DNA of 64,000 bases from Iphione sp. A-MEVVRFRX5 (taxonomy: Eukaryota). Below, one piece after another: positions 24,641 to 39,400 of the stretch (position 1 is the first letter of the stretch; each line of letters begins with the position of its first letter). The translations under genes and the position numbers were made by a program. The notes beneath the pieces are model-generated. The model saw only the letters and a list, made by a program, of their open reading frames with translations, did not search any database and was not told where the DNA came from. The DNA lies in assembly GCA_976226885.1 (NCBI GenBank), contig OZ320319.1, positions 67,270,001-67,334,000 of the forward strand, written 5' to 3'.

Positions 24641-25597
24641 ACTTCAACCCCCACCTCCAAAAACAAACAAAACAGCCACGAACACTCAATCTCCTCAGAC
24701 AAGCACACATGCACCCCCTACCACACACTCGCAGTCAAGTCCCATTCAGATGGAAAAGCACGATTCTCCTCCACAGAATATTATGGCAGTCACCCCAATC
24801 ACTCCACACACTACAAATCAAAACGTTCTACCCACTCCAACAAATGCCACAAACACAAACACTGATATGTCTCTCTCACCAGCTCAAGGTACTCTCGAAC
24901 TAGCATCACTGATTGACAGGAGAATGTTTATGGTGGTCATTCCCAGTGATGTCTATCCAGTGGCCATTATAAAAGATGGAAAAAAGGTTGTGGTTCAAAT
25001 TAGAATTTTTTTACAGCAAATCCAACATGTACACTTTCCAAGTATTTACTTTTGTCAGTTAGACTTTATAATTTTGTATTTCCATAATTATTTTCACTCT
25101 GTTATATGTCAATGTGATTTACCTAGTTCCCCTTGCTTTAGTTTATTTCATTGTCTAGGGACCGAATTATTATGTTTGTCAATTTATATATATTTCATTG
25201 TTTAACTTTTTATATTTCATTAATACTATTTTCCAACGAACCTTTAATAAATGTTAATACATCATTTCATTCTTTATTTTTTATTTCTACCATTAAAATA
25301 ATGCTAACACCCTAACATTACCCTCCCTATTATGTAACTAATCCAACATGACAACCACCTAGATGCGTTCACAGGTGGCTAGGGTAAGTATTTTCGCAGT
25401 TTGCTAGGTGTGCAGTACACGAAATAAATGCACTGCATGGTCATATAGGCTTAAAGAAGAGAAAAGATGGCAGCCGTGCTTTAAATCAATAAGGACCATG
25501 ATACCATACTTCCTGCATGCAACAGAGCACAGTTATGGTAAGTGGTATACACAAGTACGAATATCATTCAATAACTACAAAATCTTACCTTATACCA

Positions 25598-25954
25598 TAG
25601 GCCCCCCAAAAAATAGGCATGTGTCTGGTAACAACCGGCCAAAAACCTAGGTGGGGAGGGGGGTATCTTTTTTTTTTTTTAGATTTTTTGTAGTTTCTTC
25701 CTCTGGTTTTCAATAACAATAAAGACAATATCAATAATCTTTACCAATCTGTATGAGTTTTACAGTATTTTAGTTAATTTCTATGGATTTAGTTGTTTTT
25801 CTACTGAATTTACTAAAAACATGTGTTGTGAAAACACATATCTAAGGAAATTCAGCCCTAGAAACTCTTTGGAGCCAAAACATTTTTAGGTAGGGTAAGG
25901 TTTTACTAGGTAGGGGTGGGTTACCAGAAACACACCTATTTCTTTTTGGCCTTA
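25598..25954. mobile_element. ~357-bp TIR element (unclassified MITE), full copy
   Basis: Left TAGGCCCCCCAAAAAATAGGCATGTGTCTGGTAAC versus rc right TAAGGCCAAAAAGAAATAGGTGTGTTTCTGGTAAC. Homologous copies at 46412-46545 and 53589-53850. Confidence 0.8.
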
Positions 25955-26331
25955 GCCAGTCACACCATTTTAAAATTGCTAATGAGGTAGTAAGTGAAAG
26001 TGTATGGGAGAGACGTTTGATGGTTACACAATAGGACACTCTTCCCCCTTATGAGCTATTCTGTATAAAGAAAAAGTTTCAGACTATAACCATGTCCTAA
26101 TCTTAGAAGATTCTTGTTTCCATCAAAAAAGTAAGAATTTGCATGGGGAGTTTGGCTCCGAGGAAACTAAACAGCAATGGGAGGGCCCACAGCTCCAAGG
26201 AACATAGTATCAAGCAAACTGCTCATTACTCTTAACTAGGTGGCATGTGTTCTTCAGGAACATCAACATCACTGTAGGCAAAGGGGAAGATCCAATGGAA
26301 CAAAAACATCAACTATGGTCTACCATCAGAA

Positions 26332-26824
26332 TACAGGGGACTGCGGATGACGTCATAGAATGGATATACTTGCAAAGTAGTCTGTAAGAGGCAAAATTTC
26401 AACAGCGTGGAACAGGCCTTTAGGCGGAGTCAAGCTAACATGCAGGACATCAAGCTGAGGTGCTTTAGATTAGTCTTGCCCCTAACCTAAAGACAATACG
26501 ACGGCTGAGCAAACGATTATTGTGACTGATGAATGGAAGTACAACCGACTTGACAAAATGAAACAGATTGTCCTATGTAAATTCACCCAGAATCCATTGC
26601 TGGCTGACAACCTGGTACTAATTGGCAGAAAGAAATTCGTCCAAGCGACGAGCAACCCGTCATGGGGGACAGGAGTTAGTCTAGGTTGTGTGGAAGTCAG
26701 GGCAGACACATTCACTGGACATTCTCATACGGGCATGACCCTGGCGAACATTCAGACAGAACTAGAGGAATTACTCTCTGGCGAATCCGGTGACAAAGCT
26801 ACACCAAGTGTGATAAAGTATTAA
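26332..26824 (+). pseudogene. NADAR (YbiA-like) domain, decayed
   Basis: YRG....*NGYTCKV..QNFNSVEQAF (26332-26421), a frameshift, then W..RLDKMKQIVLCKFTQNPLLADNL..IGRKKFVQAT.NPSWGTG...FTG.SHTGMTLANI. This matches the NADAR pattern F.S.EH.YQ / W..M..KF.QN..L..TG...EA...WG.G / G.N.LG..LM. Confidence 0.8.
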
Positions 26825-27480
26825 TTTCGTCGATTAGCCACCTCAGACATCATTCTCAACACATAATCTCGGAAACACTCGGCTGTATGTTCAAGCGTAC
26901 CCAGGTGCAATATGCTCCTCAGACTTGCTCACAAGGTTTCTAAGTAGAGAGGTGACTACGCCAGCTACACAGTGTTGGTGCTGTGTAGTATAATCAACGT
27001 TCCGAGAATCATTCACAAAGACACAACGAGGCGGCTACCAATGAAGATAATGCGAAGATTCTCTAACACTGACAGAGCAACGCATCAGATTAGCGGAGAA
27101 CTATACGTAAGATACTACACACTCTGAAGATCTATTCGGGAGCGCGGATAGTATTTTCGACCTTCTTCGGGCTGGACATACAAACCTATAACGTTCACAA
27201 TGGAGGCTCAATGCCGGAAGTTCTTCAGTCTGCAGATCAGTTCATCCTGGAAGAAATAGTTCACAGGATGAATGGTACTATCGTCGATCTGAGCGAGTGA
27301 AACGGCTCGACTACTCCTTGGGGTGCAAGGATCGTTCACTACAGGAGAAATGGTAAATGGAGGGATCGATACAACAAAGCTGGAGATGGCTGCTACCTGG
27401 ACTCGGACGGGCTTGTCGAGCTAGCTAAAAAGCTGAATGACTGGTGGAGAGAATGCCCTACCAAGAACCAGTACCTTTGA
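26815..27480 (+). pseudogene. SGNH/GDSL hydrolase-like domain, decayed, directly downstream of and apparently fused to NADAR
   Basis: KVLI..(D)SHLRH (block I, degenerate), VQAYPGA (block II), TVLVLCSIIN (block III-like), ARIVFSTFFGLD..TYN, TPWGARIVH, YNK.GDGCYLD..GL.ELAKKL (DGxH-like, His lost). Frameshifts and one TGA. Confidence 0.65.
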
Positions 27481-30320
27481 GGTTTCGTCTCCAGTGCAAG
27501 CAGTGGTAGATGTCCCATTTGGGATAGGCCGTCCACCGAGGGGAGCTCTATGGCTGAGTCACTCGTTTTACCACAGCTAGCGGGCGCACTAACGACATCC
27601 ACTGTTTCATATACCTGTAACCAACAGTACATGCACTAATGACTAATTGACAGTCTGACTCCAGCTGGTTAGGTAGAATCAACCACCCCTGTCATCTTTG
27701 GTTGAAGGAAGTAACCACGCTTACTATAGTATAGCAACGCCATGCTGATGAATGGAAGTACATGTATTACATACAAACTCCGTTCAATATATATGAATTA
27801 TTGACAGGATCGTACCGAGTCGTCCGCATAATTTATGAGCTAAAGTTGACAACTTCTATATTTACCATTAGCTGGAGCTAGTATTGTCGACCCTAACCTT
27901 AGCATTAGGTTTAGAAGCTTAAGTCCCTGAGCATGTAGTATGACATTTTAGACTGACTGATTCTCACTGTCTCCTTGACATGTACTTAATATTGTTAACA
28001 AACCACAACTACTGCTGATCGCCTTATGCATCGAGAATAATCAATTGCCAGCCAATGTATTGTCTGCATGAGGGCCTTTTCTTATGCATACTACACTCAT
28101 CTGCGAGGTTTTAGGGCCTTTTGTACACAACAGCTTGTTTTTTTTCCTTTGCTTAACTTCCTGTGGAGACTGCTATACCTATTTCTGTACAATAGCTGCC
28201 CAACCATCAACCTCATAGAGATGTATGACTAAATGTCTTACTACGAAAGACATGCAGTCTTATACCATGCCTTGATCAATAGGATAGAGAATGGCATTGT
28301 TCTGTTACAGGAACGTGGTTGGATAACGATGTCCCAGACGCCTACGTCGAATGTACCAACTACACCCTATATCGCCACATAGTGAAAAAAGTTAACAACT
28401 CAAGTAAAGTAAGTAAGGGCAGCGGCATCATTATGTTCCCAAGGAAGTGAAAATGATTCAAAATCAAAACTCAAATTCAGGGGATGTTGAGGCTATCTGG
28501 CTAGAATTATTGATTGCCTGGCACAGGCAAGATCCTTCTAATAATGCTAACTTGGTTTACCTAATATATTTGCTACGTTAAGTATTAGTTAACAATGAAG
28601 ACAAAAAACCTACCAACTGACCCTGTGTTTTTTCAGTTTGTCAGCGGAAACACAGTTCTTTTTCTATATGCCTAAGGCGAGATTTCCGTGTCTGGTTTTG
28701 TAAAATGTATCCTTGACTTTGTGTATAGGGTTGACTGTTTCATGACCATGAACTACTCCGTGTGTCTGTGTCCATGTGTCCAATGTCCAAAAAAATGTTC
28801 ATATATTTTCCCATACACACAGACCCCATATATGATTAACAAAAGGACTGTCTAAGACTGCCGCAACCCTTCTACATGGATATATCCCATCTGCAAGTGT
28901 CCCTGAATGTCCAGGAAATTGACCACAACCCCCAAACATTTCCTGTATACAGGATACAAACTATGCACATGGAAAACTTGTCTAACGCGGTATTTCAATG
29001 CACATGGGTTTTGCATTTACAAGTTGTCCAATTGCATCTATTTTAAAATAAATGTATGCATGGATGCATGTTGTGTGGACACACATGTGGGTCCAGATAG
29101 AGCAGTAATGTATACGCTCGATCTGGACCCATGTGCAGGTCAATACCTAGCCCGCATACATGGAAATACCGCTTAAGGGTCAGGTTTGAAAATTAGCTTG
29201 GAAAAACAGGTCTGTCAACTTTGTAGGAGTCTACTCTTTCGTTAGTTGGAATATGAATGAGAAAATCAAGAAATGGTTCAATATGCCCAAGTGAGCATTT
29301 ATTGCCAAGAGTTGTCAAAAAAAATATTGTAAATATTAGTAACAAAATGTTAAATGTCTTTATTGAGACAAAAAAAATGATTGCCATTATAAATAGACTG
29401 AATGACCTAACAAAGGCAAAAGTTCAGAGATAAAGTGTGCGCGCTGTATGGCATCAAGTTGGTATGAATGCTTTGATCGTCAATTGTTGACGGTGTTTAC
29501 AAAAGATAGTCCTTTAGAAGCAACCCCGTATCCAACGGGGTATCGTCCGATACCGCCCTCAAAATTCCCTACATACACACTTGAATAGAGATCGTCACGC
29601 CTGAGCTATTGGGGGTATCGTCCGATATCCCCCTCAAAACCTCCTGGCTATGGGCCTGAAAAGGCATCATGTTTATAATTTGTACCCATATTGCGTGTGT
29701 GTATGGTGTTGGTTGAATATAAATAGAATATATAGGCATATATCGTTAGGACAACGAGGTAATGTACATGCTGCGAAGGACGCTTCACATAAATAATAGG
29801 CTTGCACTAATGTGACGGGGCAACCGTGCTTCTGTCTGGTATCTACATCTGTGTGCAAAGGGGATGCGGCGACTGCGCCCAACGTCAGGAATCAGCAGAT
29901 GTGGACGTAAACGATACGCTCAGATGCTAGCCTGCTCAGCACCTGCTCGCAATATAACTCCTCCGGGTCAGCTCAGAGAAGCGCAAACAAAGGCAAATAG
30001 CGAGCATCCTCCACAGTGGTTTTGCGATACCATGAATAGGGAAAAAACGGAAGAAGTGTTCAAATCCCAAATTTAGAAATTATTTATTGACATTTCAACG
30101 CGACAAATGTGTAAACATATGTAGAGTCTGCGATCAGAAATATTTCAGTCCTTTCAGTCCTAATCTTAACACAAATGTAATCACCATGTCTACGTCGCAA
30201 ATTACATCAAATTATGTACCATTAACATTTAATGATCTTCTTTCACGGTGGCCTCGATTAATTGCACCGTATCCCTCTGCAAATCATATATGTAAAAAGT
30301 AAAATTGTGCATGCAATATG

Positions 30321-30482
30321 TTAGACGCCAACGTTGTCCTTAATCCACTGACGGAAGTAGGTTACTCTTGTGTACACTGACGGCAGGAGGGGGTGGCAAC
30401 CGTTTGGGCCCCATGATGTGACACCCGCCAGAACAAAATAGCCGCCCCTATTCTCGCAGACAAGAGGCCCACCACTGTCTCC
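30321..30482 (-). CDS. Protease exon 5
   Basis: TTTTCTTCAACAG|GDSGGPLVC...VTSWG..C....PSVYTRV..WI..NVGV*. Confidence 0.95.
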   Translation of the reverse strand, partial: GDSGGPLVCENRGGYFVLAGVTSWGPNGCHPLLPSVYTRVTYFRQWIKDNVGV

Positions 30483-33400
30483 CTGTTGAAGAAAATCCAG
30501 AAGTGGTCCTAAGACTTTTTTCAGAGCGAAAATGAAAACCGCAAAGGAAGGGCTGAATGGAGTAATAGTCATGACATGAAAAATGTGCAAATAATTCAAA
30601 TTAATTGATTTTGTTCACATCTCAACAAGAGAGGTGAAACGATGGAAAATACCAACAGTTTCTCATGCCATATGCGATTATATATAATTATATAGTTGGC
30701 CCGCACCAGATGTACAGTTGTTCACACTTCATGATTTCATTAAGTATGACAGCAGATGTCCCTGTGACAAGTGGTGCGAAACATGTAGATCGCAGCTGCT
30801 AGAGTACCTTGTATAGCTAATTAATAAGCAGCAAAATAATAAACCAACCACCATTAAAGGCACCTAGCCATCAGTTGGATACTTCACTCATTTTATGAAT
30901 TCAAACTTTGGCTGCCTATTCATGAATTGAGTTAAAGGCACAATGCTTGTTTCATTAATTTAACTAATCCACACCAAAAGCCTTTGACGTTTAGATCTTG
31001 TGCAAAGATGGATGAATGAAGCCTCTTTTTAGCAGAAATTAAGTATGGGAGTCACTGAGAGTTTGACCCATATTCACAAATAACAGTGCGTGTTAATGGT
31101 CCCCCATTATTGGCAATTAGTTTTATATTCTACCTCCCATGCCATCGGGATGTCATCATGCTTTGCCAATACAATCGACACCTGCAGAGCAACCACCAAG
31201 GGGACTTGAGGAATTTGGTCACTTCTGCAATAGGGTTGGCCCTGGCGATGGATGTTCGCTTTCTCTCACCTAAGTGGAAGTAATAATTATTCCTTAAAAA
31301 TGCCTATGTAATTGAAGTTAAATCACACATTAGACAATGAATATCCTTTCAATGTTTTGAGCTTGGACATGTGAGGGGTTGTGGTGACATCTCTGGTCGC
31401 ACCTTAAAAGGTGAATATCTCTTCATAGCTTGGGCATGGATATCTAAGGCTGAATTTATCTTTTTATTTCATTTATTTTTCCAGGAAGTTGTACATTGTG
31501 GCAGACACACGTTGTTGGATCTTTAACATCCAACATCGTGGTCTGACTAGGTGATATGATGGATACTAATCAAACAAGATGTATATTGGATGTCAGATGT
31601 CAGATTCTGGAGGTATTGCAAAATAGTTGTCTATTGTATAATAACTGTCTATTACAACATTTCAGTATTGCAAAATCATGATATTGCACAAGCCACTATG
31701 GCTCTGTATGTATATAAAGGGCACATTTTTTTCTGAACAGATATTCTCTCTTTGCACCTTGAGAGAGTTACACCTAGCAGAAGTCCAGCAGTGGAGTGAA
31801 CAAGATTTTGCTGTGTTGAAGTTGCTTTGTCTTGGATCCCTGCCTTTCCGGCCTGTTGGTTAGAGTTCATCAAATGCTCGTATGTTATGACATGAAGATT
31901 TACCCTGATCTCATTACATTAAGTAGCATCACTAGATGATAATACATAATGAAGTAGAATGAATGATTGGACACCAATACCTGGCTTTAAAATACTGTAA
32001 GTTGGAAGATAGGTAGTAAAAGCAATTAAGTACAGACGTCGGTAGTAAAAGCAATTAAGTACAGACAACTTCGAATCTCATCGGTGAAGTACATAATTGT
32101 CTGGAAAATTGCCTTTACAGACACCACCTTTACAGTCATCACCACAGTGTTCACCAACTTTCCAGGTCTCAGCTCTATACCTTTCATATTTTCACCACAG
32201 TGTTCACCAACTTTCCAGGTCTCAGCTCTATACCTTTCATATTTTACTGCATTATTGTCTGCTTTAAACAAATTATATTTCCGATACGCCTAACGTTGAC
32301 ATAAAGGTTATTCTAAATAACAATGGAAACATAGTGCACTGATGTACAATACCTTTCAAAGTGAAGTCTTTCTCACTTGCAGTGACACTAGTCCCATTTC
32401 CTTGTAGATTCTATCTAGAGTGACCTTGTTACCAACCCTATAACCCAGTGCAATCCTGCAAGCTCTATTCAACAGAACTTCAATTTTATAGAAACTCTGG
32501 CTTTTCCATTGATTGAGCATGATGCCTCCATAGTCACATATTAGCAGAATCAGTATCTTTACCAGAATAACTATTGTATTCTGTCTATTAAGTGTCTTAT
32601 TTTTAGAAAACATCCTGATCTTCTGTGCAGTTTTTCCCATCTGGATAACTAGGTGCCGGTGGAACTCACGCTTATCATCAACAATGTACCCTAGGTATCT
32701 GTACACTGAAACCACTTCATTAGAGTGTCCATTTAGGACAAGTGACAGATGTCCAACATTATCTTTTCCCCTCTTTTTTAGGATGACATGCACTGCCTTG
32801 GTTTTTGAGCTATTCATAATGATTCTGTTTATAAGACACACAGAGCAATTCTATTCATCTGCCTAGAGGTGGGATTGGATCTCCTATAATGAGTTGCCAG
32901 CATACACAATTGCCATATCATCTACATACAGAAATGCATGTGAGTATGTTAGTATTTCAGCTATAGCATTTATCATAACTAGGAATAGAGTTGGCCCAAG
33001 GGCAGAGCCTTGTGGCATCCTAGAGATGAGTTCAGCATAACCAAACAATTTCCCGTTTACCCTGGTGCGTTATTTTTTTATTAGGTAGCTGGCAAACCAT
33101 TTCCAGATTTTCACCCCTACTTGCTGGGGTTTGTTAAATGCTTGGGAAAAATCAAAGAAAACAACCCCTGCAATTTTGGCATTGTTAGTTTTTTTTTATG
33201 TAGCAGACCAGTTAATGCAGCAGCTGCTTGAGCAGTGCTTCCATTCTTGCATAAGACAAAGCAGATCACAGGATATTATTATATTCCAGGTACTCGGTAA
33301 GTTGTTTGCATATTACCTGCTCCAGAAGTTTGAAGCCATGCCAAGCACACTAACAGGGTGATAATTTGACACTTTTTCTCTTGCACACCTTTTGAAAATC

Positions 33401-36400
33401 AGTGTCACAGTAGGTAGTTTCATATCTTTAGGGAAGATATTAGTGCATATTGAGCAATTTATAAGTATGGATACCCTGTCAATGAGTGGAAGGAAGGCAT
33501 CCTTCCATACTCATTTTCACCATGCACAGTCCAGAAGGTATTCTATCCTTCAAGGTTGAAACTAGCTTTATAACCTCCTTGTATGTTTTAGTTGTAACAT
33601 AGTATAGGTGCTACAGGGATCATGTGATGCCTTGTCCATTTTCTTCTCCAGGTTTACCCCTACATTCAGATAGTAATTATTAATGTAACATAGCAGCATG
33701 TCACACTCAACTGGCCCTCCTGTGTCATCGTTTAGAATCAGTGGTTTGTTAGTACAGTATTTTGTTTCTTTCTGGACCAATATTGTAGATTAGTTCGTGG
33801 TACCACCAGCATAAGGATAAGTAAGACTACCTGATGCACCCTGTACTATTACAGTTCATAGTAAAACCAATATAAGGCTAAGTCAGACTGTTCCTGATGC
33901 ACTCTGTACTAAAACAGTTCATGGTTCTGCCAGCATAAGGCTAAGGAAGACTGTACCTGATGCTCTCTGTATTAAAAGGGTTCGTGGTATCACCAGTGTA
34001 AGGTTAGGTGAGTCTGAATCTGATGCAATCTGAGCCAGCTTGTGGTACCACCAACAACTGTTAATGAGGGATTACACTTAATGAACTAAGGGCCCCTGCT
34101 TGTGGCACCACCAATGATGTATAGGTTAAAATTTCCACTTGGTGCCCTAACCTAGCTAGAAGATGACATTGGGCCCTGGAGATCCAGGCACCTTCTACTT
34201 TGTAACTAGCTGTCTCTAATCTGATTGGTGGAAAGCACTAACACAAGTCAGTTTGTAACCACTTTGTTCTTTCATTCATTACATTGCTGCTATGACACCT
34301 GGCCACCTGGCCTTTGGACTGGCTATAAATATGGACCCTGTGTGGCCAATGAACCACTCTGCACTTGGATACCATTGTGGAACTTGTCTCTTCAGGGGAG
34401 TCTATAGGAACACATATCCACTTGGACTATCACAGGGGAGGACTTACTGGTTGGGCTTAGCCAAGGATTGCATGGAGTAACTCAAGCCACAACTGTAGTG
34501 GATATAGCTGGAATTACCAAGTGGGAGTATTAACACACATGCTACACTAAGATTAACTAGGTCAGGACTAGGAATACAATAGCTGGATTTACCCAGTGGA
34601 ATACAAACATGCATATTACAATATGATTTAGGATTGATGTTGGAGGATTGTACCTTATTTTTCACATAATCCCCTTTGGCTCCTCTGATCGTTTGGCTAG
34701 TCTTCTTTTAGCTATTCTAGCCTGCAATAGGTCCTCAGGAGTTTTTATTGCTCTTGTCCACTGAAAGTATGCATCCCTTCCCCTAATTAGCTTCTTTATA
34801 TCAGTGTTAAACCAGCTATATGATCACCCAGGAAAAGTATTCCTTATCCTAAAAGGATACAGTTTACCCACTACCTTTGTGATACACAGCTTTGAGGAAA
34901 TGCCATTTTAGATTATTATTGGTCCAGAATGAAAATGTCAGTTTATATTAGAGTAAGCTCCAACTTTAACCACTATAACCCCCTCCCTCCAGTCAGTGGG
35001 CTTTTTGGTGAAGAACTGGCAGGGACCATTGAGATTTGGCTACCCCTAAGGGTGAAAAACGTCGTTTTGTACTAAATATTGTAGTCTCCCCCCAAGAGTC
35101 GGTTGCCCCGGGCAGTTGGTTGTCCCTTTTATCCATTTTGGAGAAAATACACTAAGAATTGTTCTATTCTGACCAAGGTTGGTCTCTCCTATGAGTTCGT
35201 CTCCCCTAGAAGTTGGTAGCTAACTGAGGTTTGCCTGCAATTGCAGCACATGAAGCAAGGATTCCCATCTAGAACAGGTTGGAAAACAATTGATTCAGGG
35301 CTGATAACAACACTAAACAATGGTGTGAAACGTTTTTCAGCACACTGAACATCATCTGGTCACCAAATTGTCCTCCATAGTAAGGTTTGTTTCTACCTAC
35401 TGCGGGAGGAGAGGTATAACTTTACAACATGCAGGTGAACAATTTCACATCAACAAACATCATGCCTTCCATTTGTTCAATCTCACCATACATACTCTGG
35501 AAGATAATAATGCTCTCATTGGACAAATCTGTGGATAACCGATCATCTCCTTTCTTGTTGGCCTGCTTTCCATCTTGTATTCCTCCTATCTGCTAGTAAG
35601 ACTGATGACCCATAGTGTCTCCAGAGTTGAACACCCTTCAATTAGATGCAGGTCGTAAAACATCTACTGTGCAGCTTGCAACTGCAGTCTTCATGCTAGT
35701 TCATATTAAAAATATTTAAGCTTCATAAAAAGGACCATGCCTAATGCTCCCACTTACAGGTCCACTGAGCACATGTTTTGCTACTTAATCAAATATGTTG
35801 ATGTAGAGTACTATGTCAATCAACAATGCCAAGGAAATTGAGAACTATATAACATATTGTTGCATAGGTGAACTGTGTGGGGGGCAGGTTGTGCATAGTG
35901 TGTGCAGGTCAAGGTGTGCTAAGTGCATGCATAGCAGTACATGCAGGGCAGTGTGTGGAGGACAGTGCGTGTGGGGCAGGTGTAAGTGTGGCATTTTGTG
36001 CAGAGTGCATGTGGGGCAAGTATGTGTAGGGCAAGTGCATGTGGGCAAATGCAGCGCAGTGCATGTGGGGCAGGTTGTGCTTGATAGCTCCACACCAGAG
36101 ACTTTATAAGAGTGCTTGGTGAAGGAACCCAGTCAGTCTACTGTTTGTTGTTGGATCATGCACGTCAAGCTGTACTTTTGGAATAAACACCTCTTAAACT
36201 TTACTCTGGAATCATGAGTCTTCGTAGTGGGTGACTACATAACAATATCAAAAAAGAAAATAAAATCTGACTCTTTTAAATGGGAAAAACCAACACTCCC
36301 CCCAAAACAACAAAAATCTTCAAACTAATTTTTTTTAAGTAAAGAAAAGTTTATATGATAGAGTGATGCGTCAGTATCAACACTAGAAATAAACATCTAG

Positions 36401-39400
36401 TATAAATGTCTGTATTCCAATTATTAAAGCTTAACCACAGCTGCAGTAACAAAATATGGTAGTCAAGGGTACAGGAAGTGTCATCCATAAAGAAAATACA
36501 ATATGCCACAACACACTTTAGAGACCAACTCATATTCTGCCAGAACATGGAGGTACATGACTTTCAGTGCCTTATTATCATTGCCATGATGATTATTTCC
36601 AATCCCTGTCTTCAAACTATCACCTAAATCTGTAGCTATAGCAAACAAAACTTCCCAATATGGTGCCTGATGAGGAGGGTCATGGTTGAAATAATTTCAA
36701 AGTAACTTTCCTTGGTGTATATCTCACCTAAGTGGTCTCCTAGCCCAAGCTACTGCTACGTGAGATGATGGACGGCTGTTTATATCTTATGTAAACACAA
36801 AAGGTGATGGGGTACCAAAAATAGGCATAACAACATATTTGGCATCTTAGAGACTGTGTGGTACATCAGGACTCTTAAGGAAAGACTTGTTTTTTCTAAA
36901 CATAATGAATGGCTTCTTCCTAATTATGATAAGACCCTATACAGTATACCCAGCAATGTACGTATGAGCAGTCTTGTGATGGGAAATTCCCATCATCCAT
37001 GCCCTATTAGTTTCCTGTCTTAATCTTGGACCCAAGCAGGATAGCACATGCACTTTTTGATGGAAAAGCCTTAGTATTTTCCATAGGAGGAACGATTAAA
37101 AATTTACAACAAAGCAGATAACACTTCAACCTATATACCAAAAGTTGAACGTAGTTCTTTGCTTATATCTGCATTTTTAGAGAGACTATAAACATTCTAG
37201 TCATTAGAATTTAGCACGAACACCAAACACAAGGAAAGTGCACACTCCATCAGAAAGAGTCATTTTCCAGCTTTAATTTGATGTATAATATGCATCTATC
37301 GTGCATAAATTAGTAATGTGTAGATCAGTGTAGATCAGTGTAAGATTCATCTATTTCATACAGTTTTAATGCTCTGGAAGAGTTTTCTAAAATTCGTATC
37401 ACATTGCTAGTATACCTCCTCCACTGTAGGTGATGGAGCTGTAAATGTCAAAATATCCTTGCTGTGACATTAGTGAAAACAAAATTGATGTGTCACGTAG
37501 CATTACCCAAATTAGTTTCATTTTGATGTCATGAGGATTTTTCTCTTGACATTGCCACGAAATTAGCTAGTACACCTGGAAAGAATCCAGTCCTGAAAAG
37601 GAGTGCGGAAGCTTAAATCATAGGCAGGGTTCTAATGGTTCTACAGAGTGTGGCATATTTGAAGGTGGTTGTAGCACTGTAGCCATCTCCTCATGTAAGC
37701 TGTATTCCGTGTACTCTATATTCAATGAGTGGCACAACAACCAATCTGTATAGGAACTGTACTCTGTGAACCTGACTCATGTTAGAGGTAACTATTTATG
37801 GTATCTGATTGGCTCAGAGCATTCTATTTATGGTAACCACTTGTAACACTGTAGCTATTCTATTTATAGCACCTAATTGCAACACTGTGGCTATGCCTGA
37901 CCAATTTTTAGAATATGTCAGGGAGTACTGTAGCCTCTTCCTTCTAAAGTTGGCTACTATGTTTCACACCCATGTTGGTCATGTGATCGGTGTCTGTTTG
38001 GCAAATAAAAACAGTCTGCAATTCGAGCTACTTTGTGGAACTTCCTAGGAAAGTAACTGGAGATACCCACTTAGAATTACAACATTCATTCATTTCATAC
38101 ATTTCATTGTATCTTTTACCAGGAACTAGATATTCACTTATCATATGACAGGGATCTTCCATATCCTCCTGGAGTAGCATATACTACCATCTGTTACTGA
38201 GAATTGAGAAACCAGAATACCCTGGGTTGCCCCCTACTCTTATTTCAAATAAGTTTCTGGGTTTTTTGTGCATAGGGGACAGAATCCTATACACCCACAG
38301 CCTTTTTATGAGTTGTGGACCACTCTGGGTTGGGGCTACAGTAAATCTGTCTGGTCTTGATCAATAGTCCCAGGCCCAGGATTGAACCTGCAAACTTTGT
38401 AACTTGCTTTTACTGGAGTCTTTCTCCCCTTCTCTGGGGGTAAAACTCCAAGACCCCACGTGTAAATACAACACATTAAACAAATATACACTGAAATAAG
38501 ATAAAATCATCTGTCACTACCAAAATATATGCTTCTAAGTTATCTATATTACAGCTGCATATCAGTTATGCCACCTCGATTCAAATGGTCAAGATACCCA
38601 ACAATACTGCTCAACTGACTGAATTTTATATAACTATATCTGTTGATCATCTACTATAATCGTTTCCCACAACTGACAGCTCCCATATTGTTGGGGAAAT
38701 TACCAGAGGGCAAGTGTCGGTTATGAAGGAACCACCGTATATATAAACAAGTGCCTTTCGCTCGTGCATTTTCATCTTGAGCGTAGCGGAAAATCCCATG
38801 ATGACATCATCACTGGGAAACCCCGCATTTAACCTATATTACTACAGCAAGCTGAAGAATTAGTACAGGATAAATCAGCATTCTGTTTAATTGTCTCTTT
38901 TCTCCTTGAAAATATCTGTCAGTCTCCATTTTCATAGAACACTTTCACCTATAACGCCAAAGGAATATAAAAAAAACCAGCCTTCCAATATGCCATTCGT
39001 CTCAATCGTATTACTTGGAGAATACCAATATGCAGAATTATTTTTTATTCCACCTAATGCAGCCATTTAAACTAAGGAGTGTAAAAAAACATAGAACAGT
39101 GTTTTCCAACTGATGGTACAACCAATACATTAGGCATAATCAGTCGTAAATGTACCCAGGATGCATACTAAGTCAATCTTGGAATATGAATACAGCTACA
39201 TGGTGCAGGAAAAAGGTAGCTAGTGCATAAGGTCAATATACCAGTTTCATACTGAACAAGCCAACAGAGCAAACTTAATACCAGACTGATGTATCGACCA
39301 AGTGCAATACCTTATTCCTGTACACTTTAAAGTATTCTGTACACTGAATCCCAAATAGTTAATCTTTTATTTGTAAAAGCCATTATTAGGCTAAACATGT

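Noticed and set aside
24612-25205. 197-aa ORF as an independent gene
   Set aside because: It is the low-complexity Thr/Pro/Gln-rich tail of the Crypton running into AT-rich sequence, with no domain signal.
36667-36695. CTGATGAG...GAAA hammerhead-like motif
   Set aside because: It lacks the G-C pair closing stem II and has no supporting helices.
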